A stretch of DNA of 32,000 nucleotides from Candidatus Methylomirabilis limnetica (GCF_003044035.1 NZ_NVQC01000015.1:90001-122000), one strand, 5' to 3'; counted from the stretch's first letter, positions 16,701 to 26,018 are shown. Notes: generated by a model from the sequence alone, not told the origin. Program-made: numbers and translations.

Positions 16701-17108
16701 CTATGCTAACCACAGAATCTTCAGTTCCCCCTCTACTTGTCTGAACTCCTTATCCCCTGTCACGAGTTCCGCCTTCTTGAGTTTTGCCAAGGCTGCGGCG
16801 AAACAGTCGGCGTAAGACATTTTCTTGCTGGACTTGAATTCGGCCGCCTGCCTAGTCAAATCCAGATCGGCAGGAATAACCTCGATCGGCAACGTCGAAA
16901 TAAGGTGAGCCACCTCCTCGGCCCGCTCGCGTCCCGCCTCTCTCAGCGTGATGTAGTACACCTCACCCCAGTTGATCACTGAGAGGAGAAGATCGCGTCC
17001 GGAATCCCTTGCGACCCGGAACAGTTCAATCATCCTCTCTGCCCCAGCCTCACCCTCCAGATAGGCGATAAGACTGTACGAATCTAACACCCGAAGGGCC
17101 GCCCTCAC
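16701..17108 (-). CDS. vapC: PIN-domain VapC-family toxin
   Basis: 135 aa. The PIN acidic residue pattern is present (VLDSYSLIAYLEGE..., ...SYADCFAAALA..., ELVTGDKEF). It overlaps the upstream AbrB-type antitoxin gene by 4 nt. Confidence 0.85.
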   Translation of the reverse strand: MRAALRVLDSYSLIAYLEGEAGAERMIELFRVARDSGRDLLLSVINWGEVYYITLREAGRERAEEVAHLISTLPIEVIPADLDLTRQAAEFKSSKKMSYADCFAAALAKLKKAELVTGDKEFRQVEGELKILWLA

Positions 17109-17335
17109 AGCTCCCGCTCCTTTGCCTTTTCCGCCATCAACGCTTTCAGGAGCCTGCCCTTGGTGCCGGTCATCCCTGCCATCGTCCGGATATATTCGTC
17201 AGTGATCGGCTTGAGAACGATTTCTCCCTCCCGTTCGTAAAGGTACACCTGCGTTCCCTTTTTGATGCCAAACCTCCGCCGAAGCCTCGACGGGATCACC
17301 ACTTGACCCTTGACCGTGACAACCGCCTTATCCAT
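17105..17335 (-). CDS. vapB: AbrB/MazE/SpoVT-family antitoxin (VapB)
   Basis: 76 aa. The swapped-hairpin motif is TVKGQVVIPSRLRRRFGIKKGTQVYLYEREGEIVLKPI. A strong SD (AAAGGAGG) lies upstream. Confidence 0.85.
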   Translation of the reverse strand: MDKAVVTVKGQVVIPSRLRRRFGIKKGTQVYLYEREGEIVLKPITDEYIRTMAGMTGTKGRLLKALMAEKAKEREL

Positions 17336-17348
17336 GGAACCTCCTTTG

Positions 17349-17430
17349 GGAATACTTTCAATATACGGATACCATCTCTAATATAGTTAGTCAATATAAT
17401 AGTATTCCTACATTATAGCGGTAGTATACT
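17349..17430 (-). promoter_or_regulatory. AT-rich vapBC upstream region with operator-like palindromes
   Basis: The inverted repeat GGAATACT(17349-17356)/AGTATTCC(17401-17408) is present. The direct repeat TCAATATA occurs at 17358-17365 and 17391-17398. The self-complementary AGTATACT lies at 17423-17430. On the minus strand a TATAAT lies further upstream at 17412-17417. The exact promoter is not resolved. Confidence 0.4.
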
Positions 17431-17609
17431 CATATTTGATGCGTTGACTACTGGCCATCACCTGCTGCTTTCTGTAGCATTTTGGACCGATACCGTTAAG
17501 CACAAGAGTCTGCCCCGCGAACCCCCGTTGTTGAGCCATTATGCTTAGCGTTATAAGTCGTAGCGATAGGCGGCATTCCCTCGTAAGCGGGAGTTAAGGA
17601 AGGCACTGG

Positions 17610-17630
17610 ATTCCGGGTCGAGCCCGGAAT
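17610..17630. repeat. Family-e hairpin (attccggg-tcgag-cccggaat)
   Basis: A perfect 8-bp stem with a 5-nt loop, about 90 nt downstream of the sdhB stop. No U-tract follows. Confidence 0.7.
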
Positions 17631-17716
17631 GACGAACTACCTGAGAATTATGTCGATGTATAGCTCGCTGATACTTGCGGGAGAAGAGTCGGTCTTTGAC
17701 GGGGAGCGGACGCCTA

Positions 17717-18460
17717 TTACTTTCGGGTGAGCTTACGGAGCAGCCAGAGGATCGGATCGTAGCAATCGTCCACTACGCGCTCCTTCAGCGGGATAATGGC
17801 GTTGTCGGTGATCCGGATCTGCTCGGGGCAGACCTCGGTGCAGCACTTGGTGATGTTGCAGTAGCCAATCCCGGCTTTCGCCCGGAGCATTTCCGTGCGC
17901 GAGTGGGTGTCCAACGGGTGCATCTCCAGCGCCGCCATACGAACGAAGAAGCGGGGCCCGGCAAAGTGCGGCTTGTTCTCTTCATGGTCACGGATGACGT
18001 GGCAGACATTCTGACAGAGAAAGCACTCGATGCACTTATGGAACTCCTGAATCCGCTCGACGTCTTCTTGCATCATCCGATGGGTGCCATCAGGCTCGGA
18101 CGGTCGCGGCCTGAAGGCGGGGATCGTCTTGGCGACCTCGTAGTTGAAGGAGACATCGCTCACCAGGTCCCGGATAATCGGGAAGGCCTTCATGGGGGCG
18201 ACCGTAATCGGTTCACCGGCAGGAAACAGGCTCATCTGGGTCATACACATAAGCCGTGGCCGGCCGTTGATCTCGGCACTGCACGAGCCGCACTTGCCGG
18301 CCTTGCAGTTCCATCGGACCGCACAGTCAGGCGCCTGCGTCGCCTGTACTCGGTGGATCACGTCGAGGAGGACCATCCCCTCCTCGGCCTCTACCCGGTA
18401 CTCCGTGAAATCTCCGCTCCTCGCGTCGCCCCGGAAGAGCTGTAGCGTGATGACCGGCAT
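17717..18460 (-). CDS. sdhB: Succinate dehydrogenase/fumarate reductase iron-sulfur subunit
   Basis: The true start is ATG 18460 (MPVITLQLFRG), sharing one nucleotide with the sdhA stop. The track ORF runs on to 18655. Cys clusters are CKAGKCGSCSAEING, CIECFLCQNVC and CTEVCPEQI. Confidence 0.9.
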   Translation of the reverse strand: MPVITLQLFRGDARSGDFTEYRVEAEEGMVLLDVIHRVQATQAPDCAVRWNCKAGKCGSCSAEINGRPRLMCMTQMSLFPAGEPITVAPMKAFPIIRDLVSDVSFNYEVAKTIPAFRPRPSEPDGTHRMMQEDVERIQEFHKCIECFLCQNVCHVIRDHEENKPHFAGPRFFVRMAALEMHPLDTHSRTEMLRAKAGIGYCNITKCCTEVCPEQIRITDNAIIPLKERVVDDCYDPILWLLRKLTRK

Positions 18461-20262
18461 CACCCCTTCTCCTCGATAAGCTGCCTGAGATCCTCCGGCA
18501 TCTCGATGGTCGGCTCCAGTGCCGTGACGATCGCCCCGTAACGTTTGCGGACGACCACGTTCACTGAAGCAAACCGTGGATCTGCGGCCGGGTAATCGTC
18601 CCGCGTATGCCCGCCACGGCTTTCCTTGCGTTCCAGCGCCGCTCGCGTCACGCATTCCGCCACTGTGAGCATCGCGTTCAGGTCCAAGGCCGCATGCCAG
18701 CCGGGATTGTAGGTACGGCCACCCTCGACACGAACCTGCGGCAGTCGCTGTCGGTACTGTCCGAGTTGTACCAGCGCCTCCTGCAGCTCCGTTTCCGTCC
18801 GGATGATCCCCACCAGCGGCTGCATGGTCTCTTGCAACTCGGCATGAAAAGCGTGGGGATTCTCGGCGCCCTTACCCTCAAACGGCATCAGGGTCTCACG
18901 TGCGCACGCGTCAAGCTGGCTCGTATCAGCCGTCGGCGAGTTGGAGAGGCTTTTCGCGTACAGCGCCGCATACTGACCCGCGCGCCGGCCAAAGACCAGG
19001 AGATCAGACAGGGCGTTGCCGCCAAGGCGGTTGCCGCCATGTAGCCCTCCTGCGACCTCGCCGGCCGCGAACAGGCCGGGCACCGCCGTCGCTGTCGAGT
19101 CCGCGTCGACCCGGATCCCCCCATTCATATAATGGGCGGTCGGCCCGACCTCCATCGGCTCTTTCGTGATGTCTACGCCGGCCAGCTCCTTGAACTGGTG
19201 GTACATCGACGGCAGACGCCGCATGATGTAGTCTGCGGGCCGCCGCGAGGCGATGTCGAGGAAGACCCCGCCGTGCGGACTCCCGCGACCGGCTTTTACC
19301 TCTGAGTTGATCGCCCGCGCTACCTCATCGCGCGGCAGCAGATCTGGCGTACGCCGGTTGTGCTTCTTGTCCGTATACCACCTGTCGGCCTCAGCCTCAT
19401 TGTCGGCGGTCTCGGCCTTGAAGAACTCCGGGATGTATCGGAACATGAAGCGCTCGCCGCTACTGTTCCGCAGTGTCCCGCCGTCGCCACGTACCCCTTC
19501 AGTCACGAGGGTCCCCCGCACCGATGGCGGCCACACCATCCCGGTCGGGTGAAACTGGTACGACTCCATGTCGATCAGGTCCGCGCCGGCATCGACGGCC
19601 AGCATGGTACCGTTGCCGGTACACTCCCAGGAGTTGGAGGTGAACTTCCATAGCTTGCCGATACCGCCGGTCGCAAGGATCACCGCCTTCGCCATCACGA
19701 CGATGAACTGACCGGTGCTGCGCCGATAGCCGAATGCGCCAACTACGCGGTCACCATCTTTGAGCAGGCGCGTTACGGTGCATTCCATGTAGACCTCGAT
19801 CCCCTGAGCCACCGCATGCTGCTGCAGGGTGCGGAGCATCTCAAGGCCCGTCCGGTCGCCGACGTGGGCCAGGCGTGCGTAGCGGTGACCGCCAAAGTCG
19901 CGTTGCAGGATAAGCCCATCCTTGGTCCGGTCGAACACTGCGCCCCACCGTTCCAGTTCCAGGACTCGCTCCGGCGCCTCCTGGGCATGCAGTTGGGCCA
20001 TCCGCCAGTTGTTCAGCAGCTTTCCGCCTCGCATCGTGTCGCGGAAATGCACTTGCCAGTTGTCCTCTGGATTGACGTTACCGAGGGCGGCCGCGATCCC
20101 GCCCTCGGCCATGACCGTATGGGCCTTGCCCAGGAGCGACTTACAGATAAGGCCCACGGAGACGCCCTGCGCCTTGGCTTCGATGGCTGCGCGCAGGCCT
20201 GCGCCACCGCCACCGATGATGAGCACATCGTGTTCGTAAGTCTCGTACTGCCCCTGCACCAT
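18460..20262 (-). CDS. sdhA: Succinate dehydrogenase/fumarate reductase flavoprotein subunit
   Basis: 600 aa. Motifs include the FAD fold HDVLIIGGGGAGLRAAIEA, QFHPTG, AAGEVAGGLHGGNRLGGN and ESRGGHTRDDYP. Confidence 0.95.
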   Translation of the reverse strand: MVQGQYETYEHDVLIIGGGGAGLRAAIEAKAQGVSVGLICKSLLGKAHTVMAEGGIAAALGNVNPEDNWQVHFRDTMRGGKLLNNWRMAQLHAQEAPERVLELERWGAVFDRTKDGLILQRDFGGHRYARLAHVGDRTGLEMLRTLQQHAVAQGIEVYMECTVTRLLKDGDRVVGAFGYRRSTGQFIVVMAKAVILATGGIGKLWKFTSNSWECTGNGTMLAVDAGADLIDMESYQFHPTGMVWPPSVRGTLVTEGVRGDGGTLRNSSGERFMFRYIPEFFKAETADNEAEADRWYTDKKHNRRTPDLLPRDEVARAINSEVKAGRGSPHGGVFLDIASRRPADYIMRRLPSMYHQFKELAGVDITKEPMEVGPTAHYMNGGIRVDADSTATAVPGLFAAGEVAGGLHGGNRLGGNALSDLLVFGRRAGQYAALYAKSLSNSPTADTSQLDACARETLMPFEGKGAENPHAFHAELQETMQPLVGIIRTETELQEALVQLGQYRQRLPQVRVEGGRTYNPGWHAALDLNAMLTVAECVTRAALERKESRGGHTRDDYPAADPRFASVNVVVRKRYGAIVTALEPTIEMPEDLRQLIEEKG

Positions 20263-20966
20263 CAGAAGAGCCTCATGTCGCTGATGATGCCCATCGACAG
20301 GAGGCGAATATACAGATCAGTCAATCCTACGGAAAAGAGGCTGAGCCAGAACCAAAGCATGTGACACTCGTTGAGACGGCTGACCTGACTCCAGAGGGCG
20401 TGCCGGGATGGGCAGAGTGAGAAACAGTCGAGGCGCCCGCCGATGAGGTGTCGAAAGGAGTGGCAAGAGGTCAGGTAGAGACTCAGGAGGGTGACATTGG
20501 CCACCATCACGAGTGAGCCCGTCCCCGCGCCGAGTCGGCCGTCAAAGACGATACTGCGGGCGGCGTGGTACCACAAGACGATGAGCTCGACCATGGCGAG
20601 ATAGAGAAAGTAGCGATGGAAGTTCATGAGGATGAGGGGGAATCGGGATTCCCCTGTATAGCCGGCCCGCGCGTCAGCAACCGCGCAGGCCGGCGGGGCC
20701 AGCAAGAAAGAACGATGGAAGGCCTTCCGGAAATAGTAGCAGCTCAACCGAAAGCCCGCCGGGGCCCAGAGGATCAGGAAGGCCGGTGAGAGCGGCCACC
20801 ATTCAGGCTTGGCGAAGGGTGGATAGAAAGGCGAGAGGTAGTTCTTATAGTCATAGTGGGCTCCCTGAAGGACTGCCCAGGTCGTGTAGACCATGAACCC
20901 GCCTAGCGTCAGCACGATCAGCATCGGCTGCAGCCACCAGATCTCCCTTCGCGCGGTTGCTGCCAC
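20262..20966 (-). CDS. sdhC: Non-canonical membrane anchor subunit of the SDH/FRD complex (Cys/His-rich, 5-6 TM)
   Basis: 234 aa with a GTG start, translationally coupled to sdhA. It has multiple hydrophobic segments and a YLSPFYPPF motif. A clustered C168-H169-x3-H173-x7-C181-x3-C185-x3-H189 ... C201-H202 maps to nt 20361-20465. It does not read like the E. coli SdhC/D or Bacillus b558 anchors. Confidence 0.6.
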   Translation of the reverse strand: MAATARREIWWLQPMLIVLTLGGFMVYTTWAVLQGAHYDYKNYLSPFYPPFAKPEWWPLSPAFLILWAPAGFRLSCYYFRKAFHRSFLLAPPACAVADARAGYTGESRFPLILMNFHRYFLYLAMVELIVLWYHAARSIVFDGRLGAGTGSLVMVANVTLLSLYLTSCHSFRHLIGGRLDCFSLCPSRHALWSQVSRLNECHMLWFWLSLFSVGLTDLYIRLLSMGIISDMRLF

Positions 20967-21241
20967 GACCTACCCCCGCTGGTTGTTGAGTCGCTCGTCG
21001 GCCATGAGTCCCTGAAGGGCTCACGGTAGTACTATCGCCTGGGCAGGCTACTTATTTCGTAACTGCTCTGGTGTTGAGGCTGTAGGCTGAAGGCTGTGAG
21101 TCGTTGCGCATGAACCGAATTAAGGCGTCCAGAACCTTTTCGGTCTCCATCATTGTCGCGTCGCAACCGGAAAACGCCTGGCTCATCTGTGCGCGTTCCT
21201 ATAGCCTAAAAGCCTACAGTCTCTCTACCTGAGTAGTTCCC

Positions 21242-21508
21242 TTATTTCTTTGCAGGCTTGCCCTTGGCCTTCATCTGCTCCTCCATCAGTTGCATCTGCG
21301 CCTTCATCTCATCGAGCTCCTTCTTCATCGCCTCGTTATCACCCTTCACCGTCACCGCCCCAGCTTTAAGGTCGGCATTCTCCTTCTGAAGGATTGTCAT
21401 CTGCCCTTTCAACTGCTCATTCTCCTTCTTGACCTCCTCACCGCAGCCTGCGACCAACAACCCTACGACCAGCGCCAAGGAACCCAAGTATCTGCTTCTC
21501 AGTTGCAT
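21242..21508 (-). CDS. Small coiled-coil lipoprotein
   Basis: The start is taken at ATG 21508 (AGGAGGAGG upstream). The lipobox is in MQLRSRYLGSLALVVGLLVAGCG. The remainder is heptad-like and K/E/Q-rich (ENEQLKGQMTILQKENADLK...ELDEMKAQMQLMEEQMKAK). Confidence 0.6.
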   Translation of the reverse strand: MQLRSRYLGSLALVVGLLVAGCGEEVKKENEQLKGQMTILQKENADLKAGAVTVKGDNEAMKKELDEMKAQMQLMEEQMKAKGKPAKK

Positions 21509-21557
21509 CACGGCCCGTCCTCCTCCTGTTAAGTGTTCACAGTTAACCATCGTCCGT

Positions 21558-22487
21558 TCAGAGCTTCAGGATGTCAACCAGCTCTTTCACAGCAGCCGCC
21601 GATCGATTCAGTGCCGCGGTTTCATCAGGTGTCAGTCGAATTTCGATGATCTGCTCAATACCGCCGGCGCCCAGCTTGACCGGGACACCGACGCATAACC
21701 CGTGTATCCCGTACTCCCCTTCCAGGTAGACGCAGCAGGGCAGGATCTTTTTCTTATCCTTCAGAATCGCCCCTACCATCTCTACGACTGAGGCGCCCGG
21801 CGCGTAATACGCGCTTCCCGTTCCCAGCAGCGCCAAAATCTCCCCCCCGCCACCGGCTGTCCGCTTCACCAGCGCCTCGATCCGGTCGGGCGGCAGCAAC
21901 TCGGTGATCGGAATCCCGGCAACCGTTGAGAATCGAGGCAGAGGAATCATCGCGTCGCCATGGCCGCCGAGCACGCAGGCATGAACATTCTCAACAGAGA
22001 CCTGAAGCTCTTGCGCGATAAAGGTTCGAAATCGCGCAGCGTCCAGCACGCCCGCCATGCCGATGACCCGCTCTCGAGCAAAGCCGCTTCGCTTGAGCGC
22101 CAGTTGGGTCATCGCGTCAAGCGGGTTACTGACGATGATAAGGATACAGTTCGGCGAGTGGGCCACAACCTGCTCGATCACCTCGCCCACAATCCTGGCG
22201 TTCGTGTGGAGCAGATCATCCCGACTCATTCCCGGCTTTCTGGTAATGCCGGCGGTCACGACCACAATGTCGGAGTTGGCCGAGTCCCGATAGTCCTTTG
22301 TGCCGATGACCCGGCTGTCAGATCCCAGGATCGGACCCGTCTGGAGCAGGTCCAGCCCTCGTCCATGCTGGACGCTCTCCAGGATATCGATCAGTACCAC
22401 ATCGGCCAGCTCTTGCACGACGAGATACTGACCAACGGTGGCTCCAACGTTACCCGCACCGCCAGCTACGGTTACCTTCGGTCGCAT
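21558..22487 (-). CDS. mdh: Malate dehydrogenase (LDH-like family)
   Basis: The true start is ATG 22487 ([17 protein letters not shown], Rossmann fold). Motifs include [18 protein letters not shown] and [12 protein letters not shown]. The track ORF is extended to 22562. Confidence 0.93.
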   Translation of the reverse strand: MRPKVTVAGGAGNVGATVGQYLVVQELADVVLIDILESVQHGRGLDLLQTGPILGSDSRVIGTKDYRDSANSDIVVVTAGITRKPGMSRDDLLHTNARIVGEVIEQVVAHSPNCILIIVSNPLDAMTQLALKRSGFARERVIGMAGVLDAARFRTFIAQELQVSVENVHACVLGGHGDAMIPLPRFSTVAGIPITELLPPDRIEALVKRTAGGGGEILALLGTGSAYYAPGASVVEMVGAILKDKKKILPCCVYLEGEYGIHGLCVGVPVKLGAGGIEQIIEIRLTPDETAALNRSAAAVKELVDILKL

Positions 22488-22510
22488 CAATACCCCCAAG
22501 TGTTCACGTC

Positions 22511-23938
22511 TTAGCTTGCCTGGCTCATCTGCTCGATGACGGCAGTGGCGAATTCGGAGCACTTCAGCTCCTTGACGTCAGTAGCCCCCTCGGCACGCAG
22601 CAGCCTGGCAAAGTCATAGGTGACCTGCCTCCGAGCAATGGTCTCCTCCAGCCCCCGGACCACCAAGTCCGCCGCCTCGTTCCAGCCGAGGTGTCGCAGC
22701 ATCATCTCGCCGGAGAGGATAACCGAGCCAGGATTCACCTTGTCCAGGTCGGCGTATTTCGGCGCCGTACCATGGGTCGCTTCAAAGATCGCGTGACCGG
22801 TACGATAGTTGATATTCCCCCCAGGAGCAATTCCGATCCCACCGATCTGGGCGGCGAGTGCATCAGAGAGATAATCGCCATTCAGGTTCAGCGTCGCGAT
22901 CACGTCGAACTCATCAGCCCGTGTCATGGTCTGCTGCAGCGTAATGTCGGCGATCGAATCCTTGATCATCAGCTTGCTCCTCCACTGCCCATCGCCGTGC
23001 GTCGGCCACAGCGCGAGAGCAGCCTCCACCTCCTCGCAGACCCGCGACTGCCGGTCCGGTGTCATATCTTTGTAACCGGGCTCGATGGCCAGGGCATTCT
23101 CCCAGGCCGTGAGGGTGGGCCTCTTCTCTTTGTTGTCAAGGATCCAGCTCTCTCGAAGGCTGACCGTCTCGTGGCGATACTTACTGGCCGCCAGGGCATA
23201 TCCCCAGTCCCGAAACGCGCCCTCTGTAAACTTCATGATGTTCCCTTTGTGGACCATCGTCACAGACTTTCGCTTATGTCGAAGCGCGTATTGAATCGCG
23301 GCTTCAATCAGTCGCTCACTCCCTTCTCGGCTGACCGGTTTAATCCCGATCGCAGAGCTCTCCGGGAAGCGGATCTTCTTGACGCCCATCCTGTCCTGAA
23401 GGAAGTGGATGACCTTACTGACCTCTGGCGATCCGGCTTCCCACTCGATTCCGGCGTAGATGTCCTCTGTATTCTCTCGAAAAATCACCATGTCTACCAG
23501 TTCAGGGCGCTTCACAGGGCTCGGGACGCCGCGAATGTAGCCGATCGGCCTGAGGCAGACATACAGGTCGAGGAGTTGGCGGAGCGCCACGTTCAGGCTC
23601 CGGATACCGCCTCCCACTGGCGTCGTAAGCGGCCCCTTGATCCCGACCACGTAAGTGCGGAAAGCTGCAATGGTCTCCTCCGGCAACCAGGTCTTGAGGG
23701 CATTGAACGCCTTCTCGCCCGCATAGACCTCTAACCAGACGATACGGCGCTTCCCGCCATAGGCTTTTTTCACCGCTGCATCGAACACGCGGACTGAGGC
23801 GCGCCAGATGTCGCGGCCCGTCCCGTCACCTTCGATGAACGGAATGATCGGATCGTCAGGAACGATCAACTGACCATCTTTTACGACAATCGCGCAGCCC
23901 TCTTTCGGTGCCTGAAGCCCTTCATTCCGCTCCATCAT
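22511..23938 (-). CDS. icd: NADP-dependent isocitrate dehydrogenase (long homodimeric type)
   Basis: Motifs include [33 protein letters not shown] and [23 protein letters not shown]. The start is ATG 23938 or 23935 (GGGAGAGG just upstream). ATG 23959 is less likely. Confidence 0.93.
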   Translation of the reverse strand: MMERNEGLQAPKEGCAIVVKDGQLIVPDDPIIPFIEGDGTGRDIWRASVRVFDAAVKKAYGGKRRIVWLEVYAGEKAFNALKTWLPEETIAAFRTYVVGIKGPLTTPVGGGIRSLNVALRQLLDLYVCLRPIGYIRGVPSPVKRPELVDMVIFRENTEDIYAGIEWEAGSPEVSKVIHFLQDRMGVKKIRFPESSAIGIKPVSREGSERLIEAAIQYALRHKRKSVTMVHKGNIMKFTEGAFRDWGYALAASKYRHETVSLRESWILDNKEKRPTLTAWENALAIEPGYKDMTPDRQSRVCEEVEAALALWPTHGDGQWRSKLMIKDSIADITLQQTMTRADEFDVIATLNLNGDYLSDALAAQIGGIGIAPGGNINYRTGHAIFEATHGTAPKYADLDKVNPGSVILSGEMMLRHLGWNEAADLVVRGLEETIARRQVTYDFARLLRAEGATDVKELKCSEFATAVIEQMSQAS

Positions 23939-24244
23939 CGACCTCTCCCTGACCAGCATCCCTTCCCGTACACCAGCCTCGTTCGCAAGTAGGCGTAACA
24001 GACCCTTCGACCCGCCAGTATTACCAGAAGATTATGTGTGAGGAACACGCTAAGAGAGGACGCACGAAGACCTTCCAACTCTCGACAGGCGCACGCTAAC
24101 ACGAACTCCAGAGGGGTGTCAAGCCATAGTGCTCAGCTTCACCGGCTTGGTCAGGCGCCACAGTTTATGCCGCTACCCATTATGCGGAAAGTGCCTCCTC
24201 CTGCTCCATCACCGCCTGGGCAGTTATCTCTTACTTGGCGAACT

Positions 24245-24595
24245 CTACAGACTCACACCGAAACGCTCCAAGACCCACACGAGCGTAAAGTATGCACTAA
24301 CGGTAAGCGCGCAGGCGAGGCCGAAACTAGGCCAAAACGCGACGCCGGAGCTAAGGAGAAACGGCAGGATCAGGAACAGTGGAAGCGAAGCCAGTACCAG
24401 CCAAAAGATGCTCTGCGACAGCGTTGCGACGGACTCCGTGCTGCCCGTGCCAATGTAGATCCAGATAAAGGCGAGGAGAGACGTGAGGGGCAGGGACGCA
24501 AGCAGCGCGCCCCAGAACGAACTGCGCTTACCAAGCTCAGAAACTGCGACGACCACCGCTGCCGTAACCAACACCTTCACTACGTATTGCCACAT
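24245..24595 (-). CDS. DUF3147-like small membrane protein
   Basis: 116 aa with four TM segments. The N-terminal pattern VVVAVSELGKRSSFWGALLASLPLTSLLAFIWIY resembles the DUF3147 family. Confidence 0.65.
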   Translation of the reverse strand: MWQYVVKVLVTAAVVVAVSELGKRSSFWGALLASLPLTSLLAFIWIYIGTGSTESVATLSQSIFWLVLASLPLFLILPFLLSSGVAFWPSFGLACALTVSAYFTLVWVLERFGVSL

Positions 24596-24669
24596 AGCCC
24601 CATTTCACGCCCAACGGCGCTGCGGATCAGCGACAGGCGGACGCGCGAGCATGCTCGCGTAGACCATTG

Positions 24670-25056
24670 TTATGCGGCATCCGCGTGATGGCCGACGCGA
24701 AGCGCCCAACCGCGGACGCCACCCCACCCTTGATTGAGCATATGGATGTAGATCATGGTCGTACTGACATCGGTGTGGCCCGGCCCCGTTATCGCACAGT
24801 GCGATGCCTGCCTGTACCGAGGTCATGCCAGACAGGTGGCAAGAGGCGGGCTTTGCGGGAGGTGCGAGCGGAGGGGTGAGGGCGGCAGGTGTCCACCTGG
24901 TAGCACGCTGATGCGAGGGGGGTTGGAGTATCCCTGTTCCAGTAGGATGTCCCATGCCGTTCTCCCGTTCCAAAAGGAAAGCTCGGCTACGATCACACCG
25001 TACGTGGCGCCTACGATCTGCTCGAAGCAAGGGCAGAGGTTCGGCCCCAATCTCAC
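24670..25056 (-). pseudogene. Frameshifted remnant of a tyrosine recombinase/integrase (C-terminal catalytic region)
   Basis: One frame gives GHTDVSTTMIYIHMLNQGWGGVRGWALRVGHHADAA*, close to the integrase C-terminus LLGH.DV.TTMIYTHVLNRGG.GV.SP. Another frame upstream gives ...FWNGRTAWDILLEQGYSNPPRISVLPGGH, a degenerate H.LRHSFATHLLE.GYDIRT.Q.LLGH. No intact ORF is present. Confidence 0.55.
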
Positions 25057-25058
25057 GC

Positions 25059-25352
25059 TCAGCGCGCTTTACGTTCAACGTACTCGCGAAGCACACTATC
25101 CATCCGCGACTGCCAGCCCTCGCCCGTTGACTTGAAGTACGTGACTACCTCGCGACTGTAGCGCACAGACACGAGGAGTTTCTTGTTCTCGGACTTCGGG
25201 CGCCCACGTAGTACACGAAGGGGAACCATGGACTTTAATTGGCTAGGCGTGAGGGGCTGTGCATCCGGGTCGGCCTTCGCCGCCGCGGTAATTGCCTTGT
25301 CTTCCTCTACGGTCGGCATCGCGATCGCAGGACGCTTAGACGTTTTCGACAT
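25059..25352 (-). CDS. brnA: BrnA-family antitoxin
   Basis: 97 aa. The C-terminal pattern KKLLVSVRYSREVVTYFKSTGEGWQSRMDSVLREYVERKA matches the BrnA signature (..V.IRLD.DVL.WFK..G.GYQTRIN..LR.Y). It overlaps the brnT frame by 17 nt. Confidence 0.8.
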   Translation of the reverse strand: MSKTSKRPAIAMPTVEEDKAITAAAKADPDAQPLTPSQLKSMVPLRVLRGRPKSENKKLLVSVRYSREVVTYFKSTGEGWQSRMDSVLREYVERKAR

Positions 25353-25605
25353 AGTGTTTCACCTCTCGACGATTGGCACGGCGCAGGCTGATGATCCTTC
25401 GCACGTTGCCACGGTCAACAAATGCCGCGTAGTACAGGATGGCCGTCTTTGGGACCAGCGCAATCATTCGCGTCTCGCCATACTCGAAGCGGTCATCAAC
25501 CCACACAAGTGCAGCTTCCCAATCGAGTTCGCCGGCAACTGCCAAGGATGCACCGTGCTTCTGCCGATTCGTTGCGTCTTTCGCGGGATCGAACTAAATT
25601 CGCAT
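25336..25605 (-). pseudogene. brnT: BrnT/DUF497-family toxin gene with an in-frame TAG at codon 4 (nt 25594-25596)
   Basis: The minus-strand frame reads MRI*FDPAKDATNRQKHGASLAVAGELDWEAALVWVDDRFEYGETRMIALVPKTAILYYAAFVDRGNVRRIISLRRANRREVKHYVENV. This is a full-length DUF497 pattern (.FEWD..K...N..KHG.SF.....VF.D......D....E.R....G......L.VV.T.R....RIISAR.A...E...Y). The track shows only the part after an internal TTG (25545). Confidence 0.75.
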
Positions 25606-25611
25606 GACATT

Positions 25612-25640
25612 ATGATAGCTACAGTAAAGCGTGGTGTCAA
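25612..25640 (-). promoter_or_regulatory. Near-consensus sigma70 promoter of brnTA, positioned for a leaderless transcript
   Basis: The minus strand reads TTGACA (25640-25635), a 17-nt spacer, TATCAT (25617-25612), then 6 nt to the ATG at 25605. Confidence 0.55.
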
Positions 25641-25877
25641 GCGGAGCGCCGGCGTCTTTCCATATGGGCCGAACTACAATTAGACAGATCGATCTAAACT
25701 GTGAGCCTACGGGCTCGCCGCCTAATCTGGCAGGGGCCCGATCTCCCCTGGGCGCCTATCGCCGCGTGGCTGCGGGGGTTTTGGCGGCAAAGCGGCGGCA
25801 CCGACAGCCTTGTTATCGAGACCGGCTTGGAGCATCAGCCGGGATCCCAAAAGCGATGTTGGCAGCGGGACAGGGAA

Positions 25878-26018
25878 GGCGATCTGCGAGGCTCCGGATG
25901 CCACCCCGCCCTTGATTGAGCCAGGGGTGTAGACCATGGTAGTACTGGCATCGGTATGGCCCGGCAGCTCTTGCGCCGATCGAGTACTATCCATGCTCCG
26001 AACCTGAGAGGCGGTCAT
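25878..26018 (-). pseudogene. Second tyrosine-recombinase C-terminal remnant (last ~45 codons, frameshifted)
   Basis: The translation is ...TRSAQELPGHTDASTTMVYTPGSIKGGVASGASQIA. DNA 25900-25964 is homologous to 24718-24784, with about 54 of 59 positions identical outside a 6-7 nt divergent patch. The N-terminal ~350 codons expected upstream are absent, and tRNA-Arg lies only about 85 nt away. Confidence 0.5.

Noticed and set aside
17675-18445. 256-aa plus-strand ORF antisense to sdhB, and 19816..20364 antisense to sdhA
   Set aside because: They mirror strongly supported SDH genes. They have no motifs, and GC-rich antisense frames commonly stay open.
22691-23734. 347-aa plus-strand ORF antisense to icd
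   Set aside because: It is fully contained in the icd gene on the opposite strand. It has no RBS or family signature.
24038-24688. 216-aa plus-strand ORF, highly Arg/Lys/Gln-rich
   Set aside because: It is antisense to the DUF3147 gene and runs into the integrase remnant. Its low-complexity basic composition does not look like a real protein.
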